Source: Anaerolineae bacterium (GTDB taxonomy: Bacteria; Chloroflexota; Anaerolineae; Aggregatilineales; Phototrophicaceae). From it: a DNA stretch of 64,000 nt. The DNA lies in NCBI GenBank assembly GCA_022824365.1, contig JAJEAA010000031.1:57104-121103 (forward strand). Reading direction: 5' to 3'. The position numbers and the translations under genes were made by a program. A model generated the notes under the pieces. It did not search any database. It saw only the letters and a list, made by a program, of their open reading frames with translations, and was not told where the DNA came from. This document shows, in pieces, positions 1 to 9,280 of this stretch; within the stretch, counting starts at the first letter, position 1, and each line of letters starts with the position of its first letter.

Positions 1-1
1 G

Positions 2-385
2 GCGGTCGGCTTGTCGGCGGTGCTGGTGAGGATCACGCGCTCGGCGGTGCTGGAAGTGCTGGAGCTGGATTTCGTGAAGTTCCTGCGCGCCAAGGGCTTG
101 CGCGAGCGGCTGGTGATTTATCAGCATGTGCTGCGCAACGCCAGCATCCCCATCGTCACCGTCATCGGCTTGCAGTTCGGCTACTTGCTGGGCGGCGCGG
201 TGATCGTGGAGGAAGTCTTCAGCTTGCCCGGGGTCGGTCGGCTGATCGTCAGCTACACCTTGGAGCGCAACTATCCAGTGGTGCAGGCGGGTATGCTGAT
301 GGTCGCCTTCATGTTCATCATGGTCAATCTGGCCACCGATGTGATCTACGCCCTTTTAAATCCGCGGATACGGGGCGGCTCATGA
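2..385 (+). CDS. ABC peptide/nickel transporter permease, C-terminal part (5' end outside window), DppB/OppB-like
   Basis: Frame is open to the window edge. C-terminal permease sequence (VIVEEVFSLPGVGRL, ATDVIYALLNPRIR). Stop overlaps the next start as ATGA at 382-385. Confidence 0.85.
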   Translation, partial: AVGLSAVLVRITRSAVLEVLELDFVKFLRAKGLRERLVIYQHVLRNASIPIVTVIGLQFGYLLGGAVIVEEVFSLPGVGRLIVSYTLERNYPVVQAGMLMVAFMFIMVNLATDVIYALLNPRIRGGS

Positions 386-1239
386 AGTCGAGCCGGGCGC
401 TGAGAGACCGTCTGCGGTTATGGTACGCCGCGAGCCGCTCCGCCTTTCTTGGCGGGACGATCATCCTCGCGCTCGTGATTATGACGGCGACGGTATCGCT
501 GTATTCGCCCTACAGCCCCGAAGCGATGGACTTCATGGCCCCGCTCGCCGGTCCGACTGGCGCGCATCTGCTGGGCACCGACAACTTCGGCCGCGACATC
601 TTGACGCGCGTGCTATACGGCTATCAGATTTCGCTGGCGGTGGCGCTGGGCTCGGTCGGCTTTGGCTTGGCGGTCGGCGTGGCGCTGGGCCTTCTGGCCG
701 GATATTACGGCGGCTTGATCGACAATATCATCATGCGACCCATGGATGTGCTGATGGCTTTCCCGGCGATCGTGCTGGTGGTAGCATTGACCGGCTTCGT
801 CGGGCGCGAGATCTCGGTGATGGTCCTGGCGGTGGCGGTGGTCTATGTGCCGATCTTCGCCCGCGTGATGCGCGGCTCGACGCTTGAGGTGGTCAACGAA
901 CTTTATGTCGAGGGGGCGCGGGCTCGCGGCGCGTCGCATTTGCGGCTGATGCTGCGGCATATCTTGCCCAACGCCATCGCGCCGGTTTTGATTCAAGCCT
1001 CGATTCTGATGGGCATCGCGATCCTGCTCGAATCGGCTTTGAGCTTCATCGGCCTGGGCACGCAGCCGCCCGATCCTTCTCTCGGCTTGATGCTCTCCGA
1101 AGGGCGCTCATTCATGCAGCAGGCGCCCTGGATGGTGGTGGCGCCGGGCTTGGCGATCTCGATCGCGGTGCTGGGCTTCAACCTGCTGGGCAACGGCTTG
1201 CAAGACTTGCTGAACCCAGCGCGGAAAGGCGGGCGATGA
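382..1239 (+). CDS. ABC peptide/nickel transporter permease, DppC/OppC-like
   Basis: 285 aa multi-TM protein with an EAA-loop-like region (ARARGASHLRLMLRHILPN). 4-nt overlaps with both neighbouring genes. Confidence 0.9.
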   Translation: MKSSRALRDRLRLWYAASRSAFLGGTIILALVIMTATVSLYSPYSPEAMDFMAPLAGPTGAHLLGTDNFGRDILTRVLYGYQISLAVALGSVGFGLAVGVALGLLAGYYGGLIDNIIMRPMDVLMAFPAIVLVVALTGFVGREISVMVLAVAVVYVPIFARVMRGSTLEVVNELYVEGARARGASHLRLMLRHILPNAIAPVLIQASILMGIAILLESALSFIGLGTQPPDPSLGLMLSEGRSFMQQAPWMVVAPGLAISIAVLGFNLLGNGLQDLLNPARKGGR

Positions 1240-2198
1240 ATCTGCTTTCCCTGCGACATTTGACGACCGAATTTTACAGTGGCGGACGCTGGCTGGAGGC
1301 GGTCTCCGATGTCAGCTTCGATTTGCGGCCCGGCGAAATTCTGGGTCTGGTCGGCGAATCGGGCTGCGGCAAATCGACGATCGCTTACAGCATCATGCGT
1401 CTGTTGGCGAAGAATGCCCGCATCAGCGGCGGCGAGGTCTGGCTAGGCGATGTCAATCTGACCGAAGCGAATGACGAGCGCCTGCAAGACCTGCGCGGCA
1501 GCCGGCTGTCGATGATCTTTCAAGACCCGATGACAGCGCTGGATTCTCTCTTCACGGTAGGCCATCAGATCATCGAGACCTTGCAGGAACACCTCGATCT
1601 GGACGCGGCGGCGGCGCGGGCGCGGGCGCTTGAATTGCTGCGGCAGGTCGGCATCCCGGCGGCGGAAGAGCGCTTGAACGCCTATCCCTATCAATTCAGC
1701 GGCGGCATGTCCCAGCGGATTGCGCTGGCGATTGCGATCTCCTGTCAGCCGCAAGTGCTGATCGCCGATGAGCCGACGACGGCGCTGGACGTGACGATTC
1801 AGGCGCAGATCCTGCATCTGATCCGCCGCTTGATGGTGGAGGAGGGTGGCACGGGCGTCCTTTTGATCACGCATGATCTGGGCGTGGTGGCGCAGGTTTG
1901 CGACCGGGTGGCGGTGATGTACGCCGGCAAAATCGTCGAATTCGGCGCGGTGGAAGCGATCTTCAGCGATCCGTTGCATCCCTATACCCAAGCTCTGCTC
2001 AATTCGCTGCCGAGCCAGGGCATACAGCGGGGCGCGCTGGAGAATATCCGGGGGCGCGTGCCGAGCCTGGACGACCGACCGGCCGGCTGCCGCTTTCATC
2101 CGCGCTGCGCCCACGCGCGCGACATCTGCCGCGTGGAAGCCCCGCCCCTCGTGAAGCGCGATGGCGGGCAGGAGGTGGCTTGTGTCCTCTACGACTAA
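1236..2198 (+). CDS. Oligopeptide/dipeptide ABC transporter ATPase, DppD/OppD-like
   Basis: Walker A GESGCGKS, ABC signature FSGGMSQR, Walker B LIADEPTTALD. Oligopeptide-type C-terminal extension (HPYTQALL, CRFHPRC). Confidence 0.92.
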   Translation: MNLLSLRHLTTEFYSGGRWLEAVSDVSFDLRPGEILGLVGESGCGKSTIAYSIMRLLAKNARISGGEVWLGDVNLTEANDERLQDLRGSRLSMIFQDPMTALDSLFTVGHQIIETLQEHLDLDAAAARARALELLRQVGIPAAEERLNAYPYQFSGGMSQRIALAIAISCQPQVLIADEPTTALDVTIQAQILHLIRRLMVEEGGTGVLLITHDLGVVAQVCDRVAVMYAGKIVEFGAVEAIFSDPLHPYTQALLNSLPSQGIQRGALENIRGRVPSLDDRPAGCRFHPRCAHARDICRVEAPPLVKRDGGQEVACVLYD

Positions 2199-3213
2199 AG
2201 GAGCGGGTCCGCTTTTGCGCGCGGCCGGCTTGAGCAAGCACTTCCCGCTGGAGTCGGGCTTGCTGGCGAGCTTGCGCCGGGCGGAGGCGCGGACGGTCAA
2301 GGCGGTGGAAGCGGTGTCGCTGGATGTCTACGCCGGGCAGACGCTGGCCATCGTCGGCGAATCCGGTTCGGGCAAGAGCACGCTGGGTCGCCTCTTGCTG
2401 CGGCTGACGCAGCCGACGGCCGGGCGAGTGCTTTACAAAGACGAGAATATCTTCAGCATGAAACGCGGGGAGCTGCGCGCCTTCCGGCGGCAGGCGCAGA
2501 TCATCCTGCAAGACCCCTATGCCTCGCTGAACCCGAGGATGCGCGTCGGGCGGATCATCCGCGAGCCGCTGGACATTTATCGCGAGGGCAGCCGCGCCGA
2601 GCGGGACAAACGCGCGCACATGCTGCTGGAACGCGTGGGCTTGACGAGCGGGCATGCCCGCGCTTACCCGTCGGAGTTGAGCGGCGGGCAGCGGCAGCGC
2701 GTCGGCATCGCGGCCGCTCTGGCGCTTTCGCCGGAGATCATCATCGCCGATGAGCCGACCTCGTCGCTGGATGTCTCCGTGCAGGCGCAGACGCTGAATT
2801 TGCTTTCCGAATTGCAGCGCGATTTCAACTTGACTTATGTGTTCATCACGCACGACTTGGGCGTCGTGCAGCATTTCAGCGACCGGGTGGCGGTGATGTA
2901 CCTGGGCAAAATCGTGGAAGAAGCGCCGACCGAGACGCTCTTCGCCGCGCCCCAGCATCCTTATACGCAGGTGCTCTTCTCAGCCATCCCCCTGCCCGAC
3001 CCGACCCGGCGGGTCAATTGGGACTTGCCGAAGGGCGAGCCGCCATCGCCGCTGGATCCGCCGCCGGGCTGCCATTTTCATCCCCGCTGCCCCAAGGTGA
3101 TGACGGCTTGTTCGGCGGTTGAGCCGCCTTTGAAAGCGACGGGACCGGCGCGGCGGGTCGCTTGTCTGCTCTTTGAGGACGAGGCGGGTTTGCCGCAGAC
3201 CAAAGGAGATTAA
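2161..3213 (+). CDS. Oligopeptide/dipeptide ABC transporter ATPase, DppF/OppF-like
   Basis: Walker A GESGSGKST, signature LSGGQRQR, Walker B IIADEPTSSLD, C-terminal HPYTQVL and CHFHPRC. The listed start overlaps the upstream gene by 38 nt, so the true start may be a few codons downstream. Confidence 0.9.
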   Translation: MAGRRWLVSSTTKGAGPLLRAAGLSKHFPLESGLLASLRRAEARTVKAVEAVSLDVYAGQTLAIVGESGSGKSTLGRLLLRLTQPTAGRVLYKDENIFSMKRGELRAFRRQAQIILQDPYASLNPRMRVGRIIREPLDIYREGSRAERDKRAHMLLERVGLTSGHARAYPSELSGGQRQRVGIAAALALSPEIIIADEPTSSLDVSVQAQTLNLLSELQRDFNLTYVFITHDLGVVQHFSDRVAVMYLGKIVEEAPTETLFAAPQHPYTQVLFSAIPLPDPTRRVNWDLPKGEPPSPLDPPPGCHFHPRCPKVMTACSAVEPPLKATGPARRVACLLFEDEAGLPQTKGD

Positions 3214-3215
3214 AC

Positions 3216-4961
3216 ATGTCGCGAATGTTCGTCCTCAGTGAGCATTCAGGCGAATGGCAGCGCGCTTGCCGCTTGGTCAATTATCTGCTGCGGGAAGGCG
3301 CGGAGCTTCGCTGGGCAACCGAGCCCTTCAAGGCGCTGACTTCGGAGGAGCAAACGCTCGCTTTGGCGCGCGGCGACTACCTGATTGCCGACCTCAAGCA
3401 TGTGTCGCAGGCGATGCTGAACGCGGCGCAGGCGCGATACGGCATTCAAGCGCAAGCGGTCGATTCTCTGCGCGGATTCGTCGGTCTGCTGCTGCAGCCC
3501 TTGCGGATTGCCCTGTACGGGGGCGGTGGCGCGCCCTTCAATCACGCGCGCATTTTTGCGGAACTGGGCTTTCACACCGAGTTCATCAGCCCGCAGGAGG
3601 TCCGCGCCGGGATGCTGGACGAGTACGATCTGTTCGGTGTGCCGGGCGGCGGTGGACTGGCCATGATAGGTCAGTTGACGCCGCTGGGCGAAGACGGCTG
3701 CCGGCGGATCAAAGACTGGGTGCAGCGCGGCGGCATGTACATTGGCTCCTGCGCCGGCTCCTTTGACGCGGCGATCGTGGCTGAGAGTTTCCTGGAAGTC
3801 TGCCCGCAGCAAAGTCAGATGCAGCTTGTCAACGCCCTGATATGGAACCGCGGCGACACCGAATGGATCGGCCTGGAATCGCCCGGCGTCGGCGTCATCA
3901 AGAGCCGCAATTTGCAGCCGGATCATCCGGTGATGTTCGGACTGCCTGAGCGCTTCGACATCACGCATTACAATGGCCCCCTCTTCGACACCGATACGGC
4001 TGTCTTGCCCGATGCTTCGGCAGCGAAAGGCCTGGCGGCGGTCGCCGGCGCGCGAGACGACTTCACGCCGTCGGAGCGATTCCTAAGTTTCAGCCAACCC
4101 CGTCAACTCGACGCGACCCTGCTGGGCCGCGCGGCGAAGGAAGGACGCTTCAATATCGTCAGCGGTTACAACGGCTTGGGGCGGGTGCTGCTTTTCGGTT
4201 CGCATCCGGAGTTTGGCTACAATCTGGCGATGGACAATTGGGGCGCGCCGGCGCGGATGTTGGCGAACGCGGCTTATTGGCAGTCAGCCCAACTTGGCGC
4301 CGGACGTCCGACGATGGTCAAACGAGAACGAGGTATCGCGCAGTCCCATCCGCTGGGCAGCGGTCTGAGCCGGATCGCGGAAGCTTGCGGCGCTATCAAC
4401 AACGCGGTCGAGGCATTGCACGACCTGGCAACGGACAACGCGACCTGGCTGGACGAGTCACATGCCATGTCGGTATTTGGCATGAGCGGACGCGAGGTCT
4501 GGCAACGAGGCTTGGGCGACTTTGCTGATTTGACCGGGCGGATGCATGTCGCGCTGGAGCGAGCGAATAACCTGCTCAAGCGAGCTGACGCCCTGCTCAA
4601 TAATGACGGTGCCGACGCTGACCAGCGCAAGCAAGTGTTGAGCGACATGTTGTCCGCGCTTGAAGAGGCGGTGCATCATCAAACGCCGGCGGAATGGCGG
4701 CAGGATTTCGGCTATGAGGGCGTCTTGCAGATGCTCAAGCGGGCGGAATCGATGCTGCGGCGCGCAAAGGACAACGGCGACAGCGCCTTCGACGCCTCGG
4801 ATAATCCTTATGCCTATTTCGAGTCGAGTCCATATCAACTGGTGGTCGGCTCATATCTGGCGGCTAATGGCGTCGCCCTGAACAGTTGGCAGTTGCTGCA
4901 AGCGCATCTGCTGCGAATTGAGGAGCAGATTTTTGCCATCGACGCGGCAGCCCTCAATTGA
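3216..4961 (+). CDS. Class-I glutamine-amidotransferase-like / BPL_N-like domain protein with unassigned C-terminal half
   Basis: 581 aa. N-terminal half has GVPGGGG and GGMYIGSCAGSF (nucleophile-elbow Cys), as in GATase1/BPL_N folds. Starts directly after the ATPase stop, so probably in the same operon. Confidence 0.6.
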   Translation: MSRMFVLSEHSGEWQRACRLVNYLLREGAELRWATEPFKALTSEEQTLALARGDYLIADLKHVSQAMLNAAQARYGIQAQAVDSLRGFVGLLLQPLRIALYGGGGAPFNHARIFAELGFHTEFISPQEVRAGMLDEYDLFGVPGGGGLAMIGQLTPLGEDGCRRIKDWVQRGGMYIGSCAGSFDAAIVAESFLEVCPQQSQMQLVNALIWNRGDTEWIGLESPGVGVIKSRNLQPDHPVMFGLPERFDITHYNGPLFDTDTAVLPDASAAKGLAAVAGARDDFTPSERFLSFSQPRQLDATLLGRAAKEGRFNIVSGYNGLGRVLLFGSHPEFGYNLAMDNWGAPARMLANAAYWQSAQLGAGRPTMVKRERGIAQSHPLGSGLSRIAEACGAINNAVEALHDLATDNATWLDESHAMSVFGMSGREVWQRGLGDFADLTGRMHVALERANNLLKRADALLNNDGADADQRKQVLSDMLSALEEAVHHQTPAEWRQDFGYEGVLQMLKRAESMLRRAKDNGDSAFDASDNPYAYFESSPYQLVVGSYLAANGVALNSWQLLQAHLLRIEEQIFAIDAAALN

Positions 4962-5040
4962 TTCGTTTGTCCGCATGTAGGGAGTGGTGATTTTGGCGGA
5001 TGTGAAACATTAGCATTGATATCGGGTTTCCGCAGCTAAG

Positions 5041-5080
5041 CTCCCCTCCCCAAAGCTTTGGGGAGGGGCCGGGGGTGGGG
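5041..5080 (+). repeat. REP-A hairpin element (CCCCTCCCC...GGGGAGGGG plus G-rich tail)
   Basis: Perfect 26-nt palindrome cccctccccaaagctttggggagggg followed by ccgggggtgggg. Confidence 0.85.
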
Positions 5081-5147
5081 TAGAAAAGGCAATATCCGCA
5101 GAATTCACCACTCCGCGCATGTATGTACGTTTGACAAGGAGAAAGAC

Positions 5148-5387
5148 ATGAGCTACGGCAGAGCAAGCTCGGACGAAACGCTTGACGCGGCGGTCGTCCA
5201 GGCTTTGGCGAAGAAGATGGGCTTGGACCTCTCGGCGGAAGAAGCCGAGATGCTGACGGCGCTGCTGATGAATCAACTGGCGGCGGTCGAGTCTTTCAAC
5301 GCTTTTGACCTGCAGGATATCGTACCAGCGCCGATCTTCCGGCTGGGTCGCGTAGACACTGACCTTCGAGGAGCGAGCGATGACTGA
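5148..5387 (+). CDS. Small AtzG/GatC-like amidase partner protein
   Basis: 79 aa from ATG 5148, preceded by AAGGAG. Helical, acidic, ends ...PAPIFRL, like AtzG-type small subunits. 8-nt overlap with the amidase gene. The upstream part of the listed ORF (5058-5147) is REP sequence. Confidence 0.55.
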   Translation: MSYGRASSDETLDAAVVQALAKKMGLDLSAEEAEMLTALLMNQLAAVESFNAFDLQDIVPAPIFRLGRVDTDLRGASDD

Positions 5388-6792
5388 CCTGAACGAACTG
5401 TCCCTGAGCGAGGTAAGCGACCTGCTTGAAGCGGGCGAGATCTCATCCGTCGAGTTGGTCGAAGTGAACCTGCGCGCCATCGAAAAGACCGAGCCGGTCG
5501 TGCATGCTTATGCCAGTGTGCTGGCCGAGGAAGCCTTGGAAGCAGCGCGGGCGGCTGACGAGGAAATCGCGGCGAGCGGGCGGCGCGGTCCCTTGCACGG
5601 CCTGCCCATCGGCGTCAAGGACAATATCTACACCGAGGGCCGCCTCACCGAATGCGGCTCGCGGGTGATGGCCGGTTTCCTGCCCGATCACAGCGCAACC
5701 TGCGTGGTGAACCTGGAGCGGGCCGGCGCGATCATCATCGGCAAGACGCATTGCCACGAATTCGCCTATGGCGTGAATACGCCGCCCAGCCGCAGCCCCT
5801 GGAATATGGATTGCTATCCGGGCGGCTCCAGCATCGGCTCGGGCGTGGCGGTGACGAGCCGCTCGTCCTTCGGCGCTTTGGGCACCGATACAGGCGGCTC
5901 CATTCGCGTGCCGGCCTCCATCAACAATCTGGTGGGCATGAAAGCCAGCTTCGGCCGCGTCAGCATTTACGGCGTCGTGCCGGTGGCTTGGTCCCTGGAT
6001 CATGTGGGACCGATGACGCGCCGGGTCAAAGACAACGCCCTGCTGCTGGCGGGCATGGCCGGTTATGACCCCAAAGATCCGACCAGCGCGAATCAACCCG
6101 TGCCCGACTTTTGCGCCGATTTGGAAGCGGGCGTCGCCGGCTTGCGCATCGGCATCGAGCGGGATTATTTCTTCTACGATGGCGTCATCGACGAGATTCG
6201 CGAGTCGGTCGAGAGCGTCATCGCCGAGTATCAGCGGCTGGGCGCCGAGATTGTCGAGATCAGCCTGCCCGAGTTGGAGATCACGCAGGACGCGCTCTTC
6301 ACCATCGTGCTCTGCGAGGGCAGCACCTGGCACCGCAAGTTGATCCGCGAGCAAGGCGACAAGTATGACCCGGCCACCCGCGCTATCGTGCAATTGGGCG
6401 AGCTACTGCCGGCGACGCATTATCTGGCGGCGCAGCAAGCCCGCTCGCTGTATCGAACTGCGCTCAACCGCGCCTTCCGCGAGCAGCGGCTGGACGCCAT
6501 GCTTGGACCCACGATGCCAATCCCGACCGCGCCCCTCGATATGCTGAATGCGCCGCGGGCGGACGGCTATCCCGATACGCCGGTGGGCTCGATGTGTCAC
6601 CACACCTTCAACGCCAATCTGGCCGGTCTGCCCGCGCTGAGCGTGCCCTGCGGGATTACCAGCGATGGCCTGCCCTTCGGTTTTCAGTTGACCGGGCGCG
6701 CCTTCGACGAAGCGCTGGTCTACCGGATCGCCTACGCCTACGAGCGCGAGCATGACTGGCATGAGCGGAAGGCAGAGATTGCGGGGCTGTAG
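5380..6792 (+). CDS. Amidase-signature family amidase (GatA/AtzE-like)
   Basis: 470 aa with GVKDNI (catalytic Lys context), GGSSIGSGVAV and GTDTGGSIRVPA amidase-signature motifs. Confidence 0.9.
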   Translation: MTDLNELSLSEVSDLLEAGEISSVELVEVNLRAIEKTEPVVHAYASVLAEEALEAARAADEEIAASGRRGPLHGLPIGVKDNIYTEGRLTECGSRVMAGFLPDHSATCVVNLERAGAIIIGKTHCHEFAYGVNTPPSRSPWNMDCYPGGSSIGSGVAVTSRSSFGALGTDTGGSIRVPASINNLVGMKASFGRVSIYGVVPVAWSLDHVGPMTRRVKDNALLLAGMAGYDPKDPTSANQPVPDFCADLEAGVAGLRIGIERDYFFYDGVIDEIRESVESVIAEYQRLGAEIVEISLPELEITQDALFTIVLCEGSTWHRKLIREQGDKYDPATRAIVQLGELLPATHYLAAQQARSLYRTALNRAFREQRLDAMLGPTMPIPTAPLDMLNAPRADGYPDTPVGSMCHHTFNANLAGLPALSVPCGITSDGLPFGFQLTGRAFDEALVYRIAYAYEREHDWHERKAEIAGL

Positions 6793-6811
6793 TCAAGCTG
6801 CCAGGCCGAAT

Positions 6812-7921
6812 CTATCGCGGCGACCAACTGGTGTCCTCCACGTCGCAATCCATATCGGTCAACTGCTGTATGGCGCTGCCATCCCGGCGCATTTTGAACA
6901 GTTGGCGAGGTTCCATGTCTTGACTGTAAGCGATCCACTCGCTATCCGGTGACCAGGTTGCGCCATGCGGCCTGCCAACCGTCAGGAGCCGCAGTTCGCC
7001 GGTCCCCATGTCATACAGATGCAAACTGCGTTCATCTGAATTTCGCTCCCAGCTCGTTAGCGCCAGCCATCTGCCGTCCGGCGACCAGACGACGCCGCTA
7101 ACATTCAGCGTGAGCTCAATCTCAATGCGTTTGGCCATAACATTGTAGACGAGCAACTGGTCATCCGGGTCAAGAGCGACGCGTTCGCTATCCGGCGCCC
7201 AGACTATGCGATAGACGTCATCCTTAACCGCAAGCTCGACATCCGGCCCCCGGCCATGGAAGTTAACGAAACGAATCGTGTTCGCATCTCTGACATATCG
7301 CGGAAGCTCGTAGGCAAGCCAGCTTCCATCGGGAGACCAGGCGACCGGCGAGAAGCCGCCCCCTACGCTGGTAACATCTTTCAACCAATGTGAATCTCGC
7401 CCGTCCGCCGATACTCGATACATATTGCGAGCCACGACATAGTTGATGGCTTTTCCATCAGCTGTCCAACTGACATGCTCTTCCCGCTTGTGATTGAATG
7501 TCAGTCGCCGCCAAATTGATCCATCGAAGCGAACGATAAAGACTTCTGATAGATGCCACGCGCCCACGCCATAAAGCGCCGCTGCCAGCCACTCGCCATC
7601 AGATGACCAAACCGGCCCGTCGCCGAGACCGGTCGGATAGCCGCCGAAAATCTGCCGCAAGTTGCTCCCTTCAGGCTCGACAGTGTAGAGGCCTGTCGAG
7701 CAGGAAAAAGCGATCAGGTCCGATTCTTTGGCACTTGGAACCGCCCGGTTGGAGACTTGTTGAACTCGATACGAGAGCTGTTGAAATGGCACAGAGAGCT
7801 GGATATTCAACACCAGCCAGCCGATTCCACAGATTGCAAATGGTGCGATTACCAGCACTAAGAGCAGGCGCAGGCAACCGACGTGCGGCGGCCTTGGCGC
7901 GCGTTTTCGCTTTTCCTTCAT
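6812..7921 (-). CDS. Membrane-anchored PD40/TolB-like beta-propeller protein
   Basis: 369 aa. N-terminal hydrophobic anchor (LLLVLVIAPFAICGIGWLVL). Repeated WSSDG/WSPDG/WAPDS PD40-type motifs. Confidence 0.75.
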   Translation of the reverse strand: MKEKRKRAPRPPHVGCLRLLLVLVIAPFAICGIGWLVLNIQLSVPFQQLSYRVQQVSNRAVPSAKESDLIAFSCSTGLYTVEPEGSNLRQIFGGYPTGLGDGPVWSSDGEWLAAALYGVGAWHLSEVFIVRFDGSIWRRLTFNHKREEHVSWTADGKAINYVVARNMYRVSADGRDSHWLKDVTSVGGGFSPVAWSPDGSWLAYELPRYVRDANTIRFVNFHGRGPDVELAVKDDVYRIVWAPDSERVALDPDDQLLVYNVMAKRIEIELTLNVSGVVWSPDGRWLALTSWERNSDERSLHLYDMGTGELRLLTVGRPHGATWSPDSEWIAYSQDMEPRQLFKMRRDGSAIQQLTDMDCDVEDTSWSPR

Positions 7922-7952
7922 CGCAATTTCACCGTCTCAAATGACATCAGTG

Positions 7953-9134
7953 CTACTCCTGCCCCACCTCCAGCGGCTCGCCATCGGCGACGACAAACAA
8001 GCCCCCGCCACGTCGCCGACCCCAGGGACTCGGCGCTGCACTGGCCGAACGCTGCCTCACCCGATGCTGCTCCAGCTTCTCCATATCAAACTGAATGCCG
8101 TTGCCCGGCCGGTCGCCCAGGATGATATACCCGTCCTCGACCCGGCTGTCGTGATCGAAGACGACATCGCGGCCCGCGTCCACCACTTCCATCCAGATGT
8201 GATTGGGCAGCACGGCCGCGAAGTGCGCCATATAATTGCCCGGGCAATTCATCACCGAGACCGGCAGGTCGAAGCCGTCGGCCATCTGCGCGACGCGCAT
8301 CGCCCCGGTGATGCCGCCCGTGCCCACTCCGATTTGCAATATGTCGGCGGCCTCGTGGGCAATCAGCGCGCGGAAGTCGGCCGCGTCATCCAGGTTCTCG
8401 CCGGTGGCGACGGCCGCGTTCACCGCTCGCGAGACTTGCCGCAAGCCGGTGCTGTCCCAGCGCCGCGCCGGCTCCTCCGCCCAGAAGATCTCGTGCCGCC
8501 GCTCGAAATAGCGGATATGCTGAATCGCCTGCTTGGGCGACCAGTATTCGTTGGAGTCGATGAGCAGGATGGGCTCGCGCCCGGATGTCGCCAGCGCCTC
8601 CTTCATGATGCCGATGCGCCGCAAGTCGCTCTCGCGGTCCAAGCCGACCTTGAGCTTGCCGATGGCGATGCCGCGGGCCGCCTGCCTCTCGTAAAAGGCG
8701 CGGATCTCCTCATCGTCCAGGGGGAGATCAATGCCGCTGGCATAGGCTTTGACCGCCCGGCTGGAAGCGCCGAGAGTCTTCCAGAGTGGTTCGTCGTTGG
8801 CTTTGGCTTTGAGATCCCAGAGGGCGACATCGAGCGCGCCGATGACATCGGTGATGGCGCCGCGGTTGCCGCCTTTGAAAGCGAAAGCGGCCATGCGCCC
8901 CCACAAACCGACGACCCCCCGCGGATCGCGCCCGAAGAGCAGATCCTCCGCCATAGCGTGAATAGCCGCCTGCTCGCCCGGGTTGCCGAGCCCCACGCCG
9001 GTCAGCCCATTGTCGGCTTCGAGGAAGATTGCCAGCCCGGCGTTGAGGTCGCGGCCGCGCGGATTGTTGGCATCGCCGATCGGGCGCGCCATCTTGTGTT
9101 CAAAGAGAATCGAGCGGATGCCTGTGACTTTCAT
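7953..9134 (-). CDS. Enolase-superfamily enzyme (mandelate racemase/muconate lactonizing family)
   Basis: 393 aa from ATG 9134 (MKVTGIRS). Pattern KLKVGLD, LIDSNEYW, WAEEP, ATGENL is typical of MR/MLE metal-ligand strands. The 21 codons upstream in the listed ORF are REP sequence. Confidence 0.8.
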   Translation of the reverse strand: MKVTGIRSILFEHKMARPIGDANNPRGRDLNAGLAIFLEADNGLTGVGLGNPGEQAAIHAMAEDLLFGRDPRGVVGLWGRMAAFAFKGGNRGAITDVIGALDVALWDLKAKANDEPLWKTLGASSRAVKAYASGIDLPLDDEEIRAFYERQAARGIAIGKLKVGLDRESDLRRIGIMKEALATSGREPILLIDSNEYWSPKQAIQHIRYFERRHEIFWAEEPARRWDSTGLRQVSRAVNAAVATGENLDDAADFRALIAHEAADILQIGVGTGGITGAMRVAQMADGFDLPVSVMNCPGNYMAHFAAVLPNHIWMEVVDAGRDVVFDHDSRVEDGYIILGDRPGNGIQFDMEKLEQHRVRQRSASAAPSPWGRRRGGGLFVVADGEPLEVGQE

Positions 9135-9140
9135 GTTTAC

Positions 9141-9210
9141 CCTCACCCCAAACCCGGTTCCCCCTCGGTCCCCCGCCTCACGGGGGATGTATCCCATAAA
9201 GAGGGAGGGG
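9141..9210 (-). repeat. REP-A long variant with inner TCCCCC-N7-GGGGGA hairpin
   Basis: Inner hairpin tccccc gcctcac ggggga (9169-9187), flanked by ccctcacccc and gagggagggg. Homologous to 29231-29297. Lies 6 nt upstream of the enolase-family ATG on the minus strand. Confidence 0.75.
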
Positions 9211-9236
9211 CTTCTACATTCAGAATCTGTTACTAT

Positions 9237-9280
9237 CCTCCCCTTCCCTCATTTTGGGGGAAGGGGCCGGGGGATGGGGG
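9237..9280 (+). repeat. REP-A hairpin element
   Basis: ccccttccc / gggaagggg stem followed by ccgggggatggggg. Overlaps the last codons of the acyl-CoA synthetase gene. Confidence 0.8.

Noticed and set aside
5058-5147. N-terminal extensions of listed ORFs that run through REP elements (also 9135-9197 and 28094-28171)
   Set aside because: The extensions translate REP hairpins (GRGRGWG-type sequence). Internal ATGs with Shine-Dalgarno sequences give products that match family N-termini.
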